DNA of 64,000 nucleotides from Amoebidium appalachense (GCA_963693365.1 CAVNZM010000012.1:8188001-8252000); one strand, 5' to 3'; shown: positions 15,694 through 35,058, counted from the stretch's first letter. Notes: a model not told the origin generated them from the letters alone. Numbers and translations are program-made.

Positions 15694-16710
15694 TTAGCTG
15701 TCACGTCAACTTTTTTTCCCGATTCTTCACCATGGCAGATATATAAAGGCTTTCGTTTCTTCTTTTTGTGGGACTTCACTTTCACTTCGATCTCTTAGCT
15801 GTCACGTCAACTTTTTTTCCCGATTCTTCACCATGGCAGGTATATAAAAGCTTTCGTTTCTTCTTTTTGTGGTTGGAGGGAGTGCCACTCAGGGGAACGT
15901 AACTGCAGCGTGTGTGTGGTGTGGCCTGGTGTATTCCTACTGCTGTGAGAGTGTGGGGGCATCTCCCTTTTGCGGAGTTTCTCGCTTGAGAAGTGGTTTC
16001 TTCAACGCCTGGTGGTCCACTGCAACCTATGGTAACTTCTACACGCTGTCTACGCTTCTATGCGACCTATTGGCGGTGGGCTGCTGCAACTTCTTCAGCT
16101 ACTTCTGCGCTGCGTGAGTGGAGGGGCGGCTACTTGGTCGTCGGGGAGCTTTCCAAGTGACTGCCAGTCCTTAGCCTCCAGTCGAATGGCAATGACCGGG
16201 TTTGCTTGCAAGCATTCTGTAATTGTGTTTTTCTGTGTGTCCTGCCAACTGCCACAACGTGCCTCAATAGGTTTTGAGGGGGGCCTGTTGGGAAGGAGCA
16301 GTAATGATGTCTTCTTGCGGAGTGTGGTCTGGTCAACATCGACGCATATGACTAGTTGGAGCAAACTAGTTTCACGCATACACGTACACTTAAGGTTTTG
16401 CCCGCTGGTGTCCTTTGTCACTTGTCGCTTTATTTTTATTTCGTAGCTTTGGCTTTTTCAGTTTTATTGGTGGTTATGTAGCCTGTGGCTGCACGTTGCC
16501 TTCATCAACAGATCAATAAACCCGAGTCAAAAGAAAATTTTTTCAAACACAACATCAATCACCCTCAATTTCAAACACACTTCTCAAGTTTCCATGACAC
16601 GAGCCACTTTGGTGGTGACACGGGTGGCTCCTTCGGGGTCGAATGAGTCCGAGTAGGGGCTCACACTTTGGCGACTTACCAGCCTGAGGCAAGAGTGAGA
16701 CTGCCTCGGA

Positions 16711-17954
<1,244 letters not shown>

Positions 17955-18493
17955 TTGGAATGCTAATACCGCTTTCAGTGTCCGATGGATATCATGAACT
18001 TAGAAATAAAAATTTCAATGATGAAAATAATTAACCAAGCAGCAGCCTGTGCATTCATGCAATGTTAATGGTGTAGCCTCCACTGCCAGCATACTATAGC
18101 TAAAGTAGGCTATGTATCATTTGAAGAATTTAATGACTACCCCGTCAAATCATTGTTGCACATTTGATGTTATGAGGATATATATGTATATCTATTGGTC
18201 AGGTTCATGATAACATTCAAGTTGATTTAATTATAACCATAATATGAAATTTACCACCTTGCGAACTTGTGCTTGAATACAGTACAGACAATTCGAAGCG
18301 AGGCACGTGCAGGGAGAAAATGACCCTTACATATCAGAGAGTCTTGCATGAGGAAATAATTAGTTGGTTCAATTTTATACGGAGTTAATGTAATCTAACT
18401 TAAAAACTAAAAATGGTGAAAGTGGTACTATATATAGCCACCAAAGACCAAATTTAACTAATTATATTAGTCACAGCAATCGTAAAATGCCCC

Positions 18494-23745
<5,252 letters not shown>

Positions 23746-24009
23746 CTTAAACAGATTAAATCCTTCGCCGGGAGAAGGGGGGGGGGAGGGGGGGAGCGGG
23801 GGGAGAGGGAGATACTATGGGGGAAGTGGGGGCGGGGGGGGGGGGGAGGGGGGGGGTTGGATACAAGGGCTATGGCAACTAGGTAAGGAGCGAAAGAGGT
23901 GTTAGATAATTTTGGAAACAAAGGGCGAGGTATAAGGTAGGACAAAGTTTCGGGGTCACGGGCAGTGTGAGTGAGGGTGTGGGATAGTGATGCTCTTAGT
24001 GTGTGTGTG

Positions 24010-24050
<41 letters not shown>

Positions 24051-24324
24051 ACGTGTGTGTGTTTGTGTGTGCGTGTGCGTGTGTGTGTGTCTGTGTGTGT
24101 GTGTGTGTGTGTGATATCAGTCACATTGCTTTACAATATTTGTGTCACATTTCGGCATCATCCAGCCACTATTATGACTAGTGTAGGTGACCTCAGGCCG
24201 AGGGGTGGGGCGGGGGTGGTGGTGGTGGTTGGTGGGGGGGAGGGGGGGGGGGGGCAGGAAGGGGGGGGAGAGAGAAGGGGGGGGGGGGGGGGGGGGGAAG
24301 AGAGAGGTTGGGGGAGAGAAGGGG

Positions 24325-24555
<231 letters not shown>

Positions 24556-25314
24556 AGAGAGAGGGGGAGCAAGGCTGAGGGATGGAGGGTGGAGGGGTTC
24601 AACCGCCATGTGTAGTAATTTCAGAAGAAAGATTATCGTTTGAAAAAGAAGTGGTCTATGTAAATCTAACACCAAAAATGTCTTTTCTGTGCACATGCAA
24701 AATTTCTCTCGCTCTAACGCTAAAAATGTGTGTGCAGACCACATGGTTGTGGCTTCAGCGTCCTCCGTAGCCTCACCAACACCCACCGGTATGTGATAGC
24801 ATGTGTACACACATACACATGCACATACACGTGTAATGATTATGGTTGTGTGCATGTGTATGTGTGGGTGGCTTTTTGTACATTCGAACAATGATGCAGC
24901 ATTTACACATAGTATGACATTCGCTGCTCGTGTGTGTGCTGTGTTGTGATGGAGGAGAGTGAGGGGTAGGTGTGTGTACGTATGTCCGTGCATGCGTGTA
25001 ATTTGAGAAGGGGTGAGAAGGGAGGGGTGGGGGTAAATGCGGGGAGAGGGGATGGGGGGGGTGAGAGAATGCAGGTGTGCATTTTGTGTTTGTACGCACG
25101 GCTGAGCGTGTGTAGCGGAGAAAATGTTGGGTGGATAGGTCCTTGGAGATGTGTGTGTGCGTGTGTGTGTTGCGGGGAGGCGGGGTGGGGTGGGGGATGG
25201 AGGGGGAAGGGGGAGGGGGTATGGAGCCACACACACGCGCGCACAAGTGCACACACACACAAAGCGCGCACAGACACTGCCACGCATATAGACACACACA
25301 CAAGGGCATGCATA

Positions 25315-25389
<75 letters not shown>

Positions 25390-25688
25390 AGTGTGACACA
25401 GAAACAAACACTAAGTGTGAATTTCAACAACAATCTCTCAGATTGAGAGTAAAAACACCAAATCAGCAGAGACAACAGCTGAGTCAGGCCAGAAAGCCCA
25501 TTAACAAATGCATGAGCATGCGTGCATGTACAGTTGTGTGTGTGTTCGTGTGTCTTTGCATGTGTGTGTGCGTGTGTGCGTGTGTGTGTTTGAGTGTGGG
25601 TGCATGTGTGTTGTGTGTTTGTGTGTTCGTGTAGGTGTGTCGGTGTATGTATGTGTGGTTGCGCACGTGAATACACACAAACGTATAC

Positions 25689-25868
25689 ATCTGTAAGCAG
25701 GTGTGCAATCAACAACCCACCAATAATCGTTAGAGCACGTGCAATCCACCAACCACCAATAACCGTTGGGCTATCGACAGGTGCAGCCGTTGGTGAGGGT
25801 TGGGTCGTTGGAGGGCGAATCGGACGGCGAGGGGGTGGGGGTGCTGATGATGCCACGGCTGCTGTGGC
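25689..25868 (-). CDS. Putative downstream exon of the 28169 gene (Pro/Thr-rich stalk + hydrophobic segment)
   Basis: ATAAVASSAPPPPRRPIRPPTTQPSPTAAPVDSPTVIGGWWIARALTIIGGLLIAHLLTD lies between CAG and GTATAC. It may continue into LLSLLIWCFY at ~25478-25410. Splice phases to exon 1 are not resolved. Confidence 0.4.
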
Positions 25869-26049
25869 TGTTTTTTTTTTAAAATAAAAAATAAAAAAAT
25901 CAGGCAATCAACGTTAAGCCCCGTGTTGTTTAATCTGGTTTACTGTTTTGTTACTCAACTGAAAGCTTATCATGGCATGGCATTTCGTTTCTGTTGAAGA
26001 AAGAATCTCTTGCATGTCATTTTATTTGTCTTTTTTCGTTCTTTTATCT

Positions 26050-26106
<57 letters not shown>

Positions 26107-26117
26107 GAGGGGGGGGG

Positions 26118-26155
<38 letters not shown>

Positions 26156-27032
26156 ACGTTGCAAGCCAGGTAGGAAGGAGCTGATACCTTGCAAGCCAGG
26201 TAGGAAGGAGATGAAAGGAGCAGGAACGTGGAGGAGGGATGCAAAACAGAAGGGCAATGGCTCTGGCAAAAGACACTCAAACACCTATTCCTAGGCCGTG
26301 CGTGTGCATGGGTGTGTGTGTGTGTGTGAAGGCGGGGAGGGGGGTGGGGGGTGGGGGGATTGAAGGAGGGGAGGGGGGAGAGGGGGGGGGTGCGGGGGGG
26401 GGGGAGAGAGAGAACGCGGGGGGGTTGAGTACCAAATCTGCATTCTGCCGAAAACAAGAACGAACCGCTGCCGAAGCCAACAACACTTGTGTCCCCCTTC
26501 CATCCCTCCTCCCAATTGGCTAGCGCCTGCCGTGCAGCACACTCTTCTGATTGGCTCCCTGGAGATGACTCGGACTCACGGCGCGTTTTGATTGGTCGAG
26601 GCACGTCCCTGCCTTGACGGGATTGGCCAGGGGGGGACTGTGCCTCAGTGGGCGGCGAATCTTCCTTTTTCTTCCCCTGATAATTATCGTTTGGTGTCTC
26701 CACATGCTTTGTAGACGGGCGGGAAATTTCATCTTTTGCAGGTTGCAACACGGTATTTTTCGAATTTTCAGGTTGGCCACCGGCAGGGGGGTTTTGATGG
26801 CAGTTATTTGGGCCGTTCAGCAGGGGGGAATCTATTTTTGTGACGGTGAGAAACCCCAGACCGTGGTTTCCTTGGAAGGGGCTGGCTAATTGGCGAATTT
26901 CCAGAGAAAAGGGCAGGGGTCGCCCTGTGACGGTGATCGTTTCATTGCCACACCTATTAGGTTGTTGTTAGTTTGCTGATTGCGGTTTGTGGTAAACAAT
27001 ATTTATATATATCCAATGTTTTTCATTGAAAT

Positions 27033-27075
<43 letters not shown>

Positions 27076-27624
27076 TTGACATAATGGGCCAGATTCAATC
27101 AACCTGACTTTGTGGTTAACATGCTGTTTACTACTTTGCAATGACGTCAAGCCTCCAAATATGCCGCCTTGATGACCTACAATAACTATATTAGCTTTAT
27201 TCTGCTTCGAGATCTCTTCCGAAGGTATAATGACTTAGTCTTCCACAACCGTACTAAAATCATTTACCACGCCAAGCATCCCCATTCCCCCTTCTCCATA
27301 TCCCCCCTCCCTTTTTTTTCGTTTTTTTTTTCTTTTTTTTTTCCTTAAAAAAAAAATGGATATGTAAACGGCGGCTTCGGGATGTGGAATCCATGGGCGG
27401 GGTAGGGGAAGCGGGGACGGTGAAAGAAGGAGCCCTAGCCTGGGGTGGAGGCCGGGTGGAATGAGGGGGGCGGTGTGTGTGTGGGGGGGGGGAGGGGAGA
27501 CTTTATATATGGGGGGGAAGGGGGAGCTGGCTGGGCGGGGGGGGGGGGGGGGGGGGGGGGGGGAGGGGGGGAGGGGGGCGGAAGGTAGGGGGAGGGGGGG
27601 GGGGGGGGGGGGGGGGGGAAATAC

Positions 27625-28169
27625 TTGATGGTTCCTTCCCCCACTCCCACGGGCTGGCTGGAGTTTGGAGGTGCTGACAGCCTCCACGTGTCAGCCGCAG
27701 CGACTTGGTAAGTCAAGCCCACTACACATGGGCCCGTAGCGGCCATGTAAGCACTGCATGCCTGGGCGGGATCTTGCTGTCCTTTCCTTGCCTGACAACG
27801 GAAAATCGTACCCGTAATAGATAAAAGGCGAGAGCTAATGGTGGGGGTGTAGGTTACATTTAAAGCTGTTCCAGGGAGGTCGCAGTTATACAAGTGCTCG
27901 CCCAGAAGTGTTGCTGTTCGCATACAGTACCCACTGCTTTGTGTTGGGGTGTTGGGCCAAAGGGCACGAGCCAACGATGCATGTTCTGCGTTTAGGTTTG
28001 CGTTGGTGGCGCGGAAAGTGAATGGTCCCTTTGATGAATCGATGCATGATGCTGTTGCTAGTGGGTCACTCGTAGAGGTGATGGCTGCACTGGAGACTAA
28101 ACAGGACAAATACAGAAGAGAGATGACGCTGATGCATATACGCGCGATTTTGCTGTTGGAAACAAACAT
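27625..28169 (-). CDS. First coding exon of a secreted or membrane protein of unknown family
   Basis: ATG at 28169; hydrophobic N-terminus (ICISVISLLYLSCLVSSA); ~180 aa of non-repetitive Cys-containing sequence; GT donor at 27624 followed by a C-run typical of introns here. Confidence 0.65.
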
Positions 28170-28697
28170 TTTTTGTTGCCTGCGTGGCCCTGCTCTCAGT
28201 TCCAGTCGCAACTAACCAAGCTGTGACTCATGAGAGACGTCGACTGTAAACTAAAAACACTGCATCTGAGGCGATCATGAGTAACTGTTATGAATTCGAT
28301 GAGAATTTAGTTAGATTTTAGTAGAGTAAACAGGTACAGTATGTGTCTCGCTTCATGAAGTTAGAAGCCAGCTTTCAGGAGTTCATGCTTGCATTGATCA
28401 TGAGTGTGAGTCAATACATCATCAAAAGCCAAAAACATCTGTTCGATGACTCACACCCACCCACCCACACACGCACACACACGCACACACACGCACACAC
28501 ACTCGCACACACTCACACAACAATACTGATACTGTGGCACAACTTAAAACTAATATTCATGCTCAGTGAGACTTGGGTGAATTAAATGACCATTATGCTC
28601 TGCGAAAACTGTTCTTTTACAGTGTGCGAATTGGATTCTGTTTTCCTTCATATTTTTTTACGACAAATCGGAATCCTCGGAATGCAATGGTTTTATA

Positions 28698-28909
28698 GAG
28701 CCGCGTTGCGTGAATCTAAATATCTAAATAATCGGCGAATTTAGAGGACCTTGATGCAGTTCTCTAAGTATCTAAAAGTCGCAATTCAATTGGATAAAAG
28801 ATATTTAGGCGAGTTCCAAGGACCAATGTGGCTGGGCCTCCGGCAATGTCCACGCAATAAAAAGTGTGTAAACCCCAAGGACCAATCTCTCATCCCAGAC
28901 ATCTAGAAG

Positions 28910-28941
<32 letters not shown>

Positions 28942-29080
28942 TTTTTCCCAGATGGGCGCATCTGGAAGGGGGTCGAAATCGATCTAGATTTCATGCAAAC
29001 TTTAACACTTTGCAGAAGTGTCATATAAATTTAACAATCTGGATATTTAGATATCTAGCTAGATCCACGTGAAGCGGCTC
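28698..29080. mobile_element. Possible MITE with imperfect TIRs (hosts the 50-bp LINE A insertion)
   Basis: GAGCCGC.T..CGTG.ATCTA..TATCTAAATA is inverted at both ends; no TSD found. Confidence 0.5.
28828..28876 (+). mobile_element. Family A LINE 3'-terminal ~50-bp insertion
   Basis: GTGGCTGGGCC...GTGTAAACCCC flanked by the direct repeat AAGGACCAAT. Confidence 0.9.
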
Positions 29081-29501
29081 ATTTTGGGCTGGAATGAATG
29101 TGCCAAATATTTAACCAGTGGGCCCGGGGGACGGGGCAGGACGGGGCTAATATGAACAAAGGCATATATATAATGACCATTCCCTCGCAATGAACAGAGC
29201 TGATATGTGTTGCTAATTAGTTTACACGGTCTACACTTCTAGTAAACCTAACCCTCGTGCGCGTGCATGCCATACTGAGTTTTCCAGCACTGCCGCCAGA
29301 GCTGCCGAAACTTTGCCAATTGTCAGTGAATGACACTCAGGCTCGCGATCGTAATTAAGGTAAATATTGGACAACGTATGTCTGCGTAAATACAAGTTGG
29401 TCTGGGCGCCCGCTGCGCGGGAGCCACTCAAGGAGCTGCCACGTCTGACGCACTGTAACCTGCGGCCTTTAACCCCTTATGCATACAATGTAATATTATT
29501 A

Positions 29502-30122
29502 GGGCACAAATACAAATAAACCCCGCAATAGTGTGTGTGTGACTTTGGACTGCCACTTACTTATTAAACATGTACACAATCACAAGATAATCACGCAATA
29601 TAACAAATGGAAAAAGATACCACACGACACTAGACCCGATGAAAGCATACACCTTGAAAAACTAAGCCTTATGTCTCGTTTTATATATACTGACCGCCTC
29701 AACCATATTGCCAAATATGGCACTCGCAAGTGTATAACACCTAAATACATATTACCTTCCTGTAGAACTGGTCTTTCTCTAGCTGATGGTATTATTGATC
29801 AATTACCACGCTTTTACTGTACACGTGCTATACAGTGGAGATCTAATAAGTACAAGGTGGCATCATTTGCATGCCCAAACAACACACACACACACCAGTT
29901 TAACCGGTCATGTATCGCCAAATGTAGTTTGATAGACCACATAATACCGCAACACACACACGTCACATTCACAACAGACACCCAGAAAGATAGCCTACCT
30001 GTAAATTACAACATCCTTGATTTTATACTAAACACGCGTAACTACGACCTGTTTATTAGATGTATTGATTGGCTTGAGAAACACATCACTACAAAATTAT
30101 AGCGCACGCGCACACACACACA

Positions 30123-30179
<57 letters not shown>

Positions 30180-30211
30180 CCAGCTGATACCGAGTGTCCC
30201 GAGGGGAGCCC

Positions 30212-30257
<46 letters not shown>

Positions 30258-30452
30258 GGGGAACCCCAACTAATTGATTTCTCCTTGTAGTCTTTATGGT
30301 GTCTCGTAGAGAAAGTAAACCCTGATATATAGTCACCACCCGACATCTATGTACGTGATCATGATATACCGCTGAGGGGATATTCCGAGCAAACCCCCCC
30401 CCCCCATACCTGAGACTGGTTCTCTTTGCCTCGAGTAAACAGCGTAAACCCC
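29502..30452 (+). mobile_element. Family B LINE 3' portion
   Basis: Highly similar to ~59798-60735 (ORF C-terminus 29533-30102, then 3' UTR with (CA)n and A-run); ends CGTAAACCCC. Confidence 0.92.
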
Positions 30453-32124
30453 TTTAGTGTCTCTCTCTTTCTGATCAAAGGAGACCGCGAGCAGTCCGAT
30501 CGCGAAGCCATCGTGCGAAGTTCAGTCTGTCTCCCATGACTCAAGGGTTCGATGTTCTTATTGAAAGTTTGATTCAACAAAACAATTTCTAACTGTTGAC
30601 TTGAATGATTGAAGTTGAATCGAGCGATCATCATTAATCACACCGGCATAAACATACAAACGATTCAGGCCATATCAAATCGTCGCAAATTATTTTGGTT
30701 ATGTGTTTCATTTGTCTTCGTCTCTGTACAGCATCCCACACAGTCACCCCATAGTGGACACCACATAATATATTAGTATCATGATCTCCGAAATATGGTG
30801 TAATGTGTGACCCCAAACAAATGGCCATATGGTTAAACTAGGGGGAGCCGCTGGCGGGCCGAGACAAAAATGTGGCGAGTCATCTGGAGGAATGTGATCG
30901 TTCGCTGGGGTTGAATTACGACTCAAAATCGTCGTATTTACGATTAAGCCCAGGGGGTAAATACGAGTAACGCTGAGAGGTGCTGTATTGGTTTTTCGTA
31001 GCAGTGAAATAGGCCACAGTAGTGTATGTTAGTGTGTTTCCATACAAAAATGTGTGCTTTCCCGGGTAAAAGGTGGTCAGGCCGTTATTTTGGATGCATT
31101 TTGGAACTCCAGAGTGGAATATGAAGCCCTGTTTTGTCTATCGGGGTGTGCAATTGCGAAGGGACACTGAAATGGAGTCAAACTTCATAATTGGAGGGGT
31201 CTGTACGAGTCATAAATGAGACAAACCCCACCAATACGATTTAGAAATTCTTTTTTTTTAAATTTACATAATACCTTTATTGATGTGCTCGTTAGAAATT
31301 CTGACAATACGATTGCGCGTAAGGTAAAACGGGTACCGCAGCCAAAACCCCACAAACTCTGATTGTTGGGCATAGAAACTTGGCCAAATTCTATGATCGG
31401 CTCTTTAGAACGAACTAAAGAACCACTTCTACTTAGAAAAAAGTCTCTGGTGTTCTAGGAAAAAAGTTGGTAAATAGAAATGCGCGAAATATTGCTATAA
31501 GCTTATAGGAGCGTCCGTCTTCATTGATAAAATAGGGGAAAATCGCTTGGGCTTAGGCCTACGTATACAGCAGCTCGCGACCGCCCGATCGCGAGGATTA
31601 TGATAAGATTGCGATTCCGAAAAGTTTCTCATTTTGACCATGAAGAAGGGGCTAGAGACCATATAATGCAGATAACGAATTTACGTGTCGCTTAATATTC
31701 TAACATTTTTATTGAGCACCTAAAGCCTCTTTACCATTGAGAAAAAGACTCAACATACTTTTAATGACTTTTGGCTATGACTTTCACAATAGATCCTGAT
31801 CACATTCCAATCTCGTTATCGGATCACTATAAACCCTAGGCTATTTTTAGTAAATACCTCAAATGTACATATCTCCACATTATGAGACTCGCGGATGCCG
31901 ATCTACCAAAAACTGAACTTAAAAAAATTCAATGCTTGGATGATATTTCATTAACGGTATGTTATTTTGAAAGGTGTGGCAGTGGAAGCAAATTTTTTAA
32001 TTAATTGTTTTACTATAGTAAATTCACACAACTGATTCGTCTTTTACACTCAATACTTAATTGATAAAGGTAGTTGCTGGTTTCTGTGTACAACAAAAAA
32101 TCTGTTTGTTCTTATGAGTCACTT

Positions 32125-34105
32125 GGGGTTTACACACTTTTTATTGCGTGGACATTGCCGGAGGCCCAGCCACATTCGACGGCCTACTGCGTTTTCCAGC
32201 ACAGCCAATCAAATGCAGCCAGTGACATATGTACATGCTAGGCAACAATGAGCGCCATCGTAGGATCTGACACCCCTATTACATATTATGGGTAAGCAGA
32301 TGCTAGCATCGGTAGCTCCGACAGAAAGTTAAGGCACCGGATCACAATATCATACTGTGCAGCATTAATAAGGTGATCTAGGATAGTCATCTTAAAACGG
32401 ATATATTGAGGAAGAGATGAAGAAAAGAGAATAAAACCGCCAATAACCTCCGGTTCTAATACATTAGCTAACAGGTTGCATTTATTGATAGATATGCAGC
32501 CGCGAGTAAACCGCCCCCCACACATATTACACATACGAGCAGGAGACACCAGAAACCGATTACACCGCCAAGCCATAATCATCTTTGCGTTTTTACACCA
32601 CACCACATTACGAATAAACGAATCTATGTATGAACGAGACTCTCTAACCGTATCCGCCATATAGGCTACTAGTAGTTGGTGTTTGTGCGGTCCTAACACC
32701 GGAAGGGACTCAACACGTAGAGTAAAAAGATATCTATCAGCCATAGACTTGAAACTATTCATATTCACACTATGATCTAGCCGTACCTCCGGGGGGGTCG
32801 CCAGCCATTCCACATAGCGCTCGGCAATGGGCAGAGACGATGGGGAAGGGAAGAGGTACAGGGGCGAATCCGGCGGGGATGCGTGTAGCCGGAAGAGCGG
32901 GTGGTCCGGGGCACAAGCGGACAGGCGGGTGATGTGCTCGTGAAATTTAAGGGCTAATTCGTGTACGCGTTGTGATGGTGGTGTGAGTGCGTAGAGAGAA
33001 TCAAAAAGGCGTCTAGGGATAGGTGTGGAAAGACCAGTGAGAAACATACAACAAGTTGTGTAATGGAAATCATCTAATGATTTGAGGACATTAGTAACAG
33101 TATCAGGGGGTGCCATAGCTAGTAAGGGCAACCCGTATTCCGACAAAGGGCGAATATATGTGCGAAATATACTAAGACGATTGTATAGGTGGACAGTATG
33201 AGAAAGAGAAGCAAGATACACATCCCGAAATAACCGAAGACACCTGCCTGCACTCTCCACCCGACGGTCGATCATCCGTTTGAAACATATGCCCCATTCG
33301 TCCACCGGAATCCCCAAATACTTGTATTCGATTGGGCGAGGGAGGGGACTGCCGAAAATACAAACGTCGTCCCATGCCGGTATCGATTTTGATAAAAGGG
33401 CACACTTTTTGACATTAATCTGCATATCGTTGCGCTGGCACCAATGTTCAACCACACGAATGTATTGCCGTAGTTCGAGAGGATCGGATGACATAAGCAC
33501 AATATCGTCGGCAAAAAAGAGGGCGGGAGGAGCCTGGGATGGCAACCCCCCGTCAATTTGTGCCGCAGAAAGAGTGTCGGCTAAATCATCAATATACAGG
33601 TTGAAAAGAAGAGGACTTAGCAGGGACCCTTGAAGTACCCCGCGCGTGCGGGTAAACCCTGGGGATAGCCGCCCATTAACCACCGCTCGTCCGCGTGTAA
33701 ACGTAAACATAGCTTCCAGTAGCCGACCCATTTGGAATGGGACACCGCGAGTGGCTAACTTGGCCCACAGGCGAGGGAGGTCGACCGTGTCGTACGCGTT
33801 CTTAAAATCGATAAATACGAGGTGCTCGGTATCACTTTGAGTTGCATTATGTAGAGTGAGGATTTGTGCGTAACATGAGTGTCGATGCCGAAACGCCGCC
33901 TGAAGAGGGCTCAGCTGGGAAGCCTGCTTAAGGGTGGGGTTACGGGAAAAGGCCTGTAAAAGGCCACTTTCGAATAATCGGCGAAAAACGGACGTAAGGG
34001 TGATAGGGCGAAATTCGTGGATGGGACCCTGTGCAACCGTTTTCTTGATGGGAAACACTAAGGTGGCTAGCCACTCCGAGGGCACTTTACCGACATCAGA
34101 ATACC
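32125..34105 (-). mobile_element. 5'-truncated non-LTR retrotransposon, family A; 3' end ...GTGTAAACCCC with no poly(A)
   Basis: 8-bp TSD AGTCACTT at 32117-32124 and 34106-34113; RT ORF plus ~160-nt 3' UTR. Confidence 0.92.
32286..34085 (-). CDS. Non-LTR reverse transcriptase (5'-truncated) with a C-terminal Cys-rich region
   Basis: Motifs FRPITLTS, QAAFR, FIDFKNAYDTV, GVLQGSLLSPLLFNLYIDD, FFADD, YKYLG; C-terminal WRCN..C..C...F.R.C...C and TILDHLIN. Uninterrupted 599-codon ORF. Confidence 0.93.
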   Translation of the reverse strand: MPSEWLATLVFPIKKTVAQGPIHEFRPITLTSVFRRLFESGLLQAFSRNPTLKQASQLSPLQAAFRHRHSCYAQILTLHNATQSDTEHLVFIDFKNAYDTVDLPRLWAKLATRGVPFQMGRLLEAMFTFTRGRAVVNGRLSPGFTRTRGVLQGSLLSPLLFNLYIDDLADTLSAAQIDGGLPSQAPPALFFADDIVLMSSDPLELRQYIRVVEHWCQRNDMQINVKKCALLSKSIPAWDDVCIFGSPLPRPIEYKYLGIPVDEWGICFKRMIDRRVESAGRCLRLFRDVYLASLSHTVHLYNRLSIFRTYIRPLSEYGLPLLAMAPPDTVTNVLKSLDDFHYTTCCMFLTGLSTPIPRRLFDSLYALTPPSQRVHELALKFHEHITRLSACAPDHPLFRLHASPPDSPLYLFPSPSSLPIAERYVEWLATPPEVRLDHSVNMNSFKSMADRYLFTLRVESLPVLGPHKHQLLVAYMADTVRESRSYIDSFIRNVVWCKNAKMIMAWRCNRFLVSPARMCNMCGGRFTRGCISINKCNLLANVLEPEVIGGFILFSSSLPQYIRFKMTILDHLINAAQYDIVIRCLNFLSELPMLASAYP

Positions 34106-34501
34106 AGTCACTTATTTGCCAAGTCTAACATGATCGATTTAGTTCAAATGCTTTGAGGAATACCACTTTATAAATCAACCCGGTGAATCGTGATGCAGTG
34201 ACACCCATCGAGGCGTTCCAGTACAGTGATTGGATATAGAAATCAGAGTTTATCCTCCATTCAAAGCGAGTAGATGCAATAAAACCAACATAAACCCTAT
34301 AACAAAGTTATGCATTTGCGACCTGCAAGTATGCACAATCGGAACCGTGAATGCATGCTCATGTGCACGCTTATCAGATTTCGCACGATCTTCTTCGTTG
34401 CGGGAGCGTTCCAATCTTGGTTGGAAATATGAACAAATATTTTTGCTACCGGACACAGTATTTCAGCCGGTTGTAATATCCAAATTGGATACAAAATGTT
34501 C

Positions 34502-34640
34502 TGTGAATGCTTAGATTACGCAAAACAATTGCAAACCTCGAGTCCTCCCGACACGTGCGGGCCCGCGGTGTGTGAATGCTTAGATTACGCAAAACAATTG
34601 CAAACCCCGAGTCCTCCCGACACGTGAGGGCCCGCGGTGC
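34502..34640. repeat. Tandem duplication, ~70 bp x2
   Basis: TGTGAATGCTTAGATTACG...GGCCCGCGGTG occurs twice. Confidence 0.9.
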
Positions 34641-34999
34641 ACTATGACACATACTTTTTTTTCAAGTTGTATTTGGTATTTTTCGCCTTGAAAGCGTTTG
34701 CAAAATGATCAAATATAATTTGGGGTTGGCATCGACGTGTTCATACAGCTTTTTGTGCATTCAAAGTGGGCCTCGGCAATGACCCATTTCCGGAATCGGT
34801 CCCAGGGTTACAGGAGTACTCCATTGGTATTAAATATGTTTATATTATGATTTACTACGGTAGGTCCGCATTCATAATAGGGCATTTCATGCAATTAAAG
34901 TTGGCCCCGGCCACATTTCTTGAATTTGGGGCCCCAAAAAACACATTCAGGGGCCATGGGCTTATGAGAATTCAGACATTCATTTTGCTATTTGTTTTC

Positions 35000-35058
35000 T
35001 AAACTCCGAATGTATTTTTTAAACATTCTGGTACCAGTTACAGGCACCTGCACATATT

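Noticed and set aside
16095-16421. 108-aa ORF in element X
   Set aside because: The frame is not conserved in the other X copies (indels at 56700-56960).
32125-32135. TAAACCCC as a telomeric repeat or Penelope/Athena-type terminus
   Set aside because: It is a single unit at interstitial sites with TSDs, and the RT motifs are non-LTR (LINE) type. The resemblance to C-strand telomere repeats is noted but unsupported.
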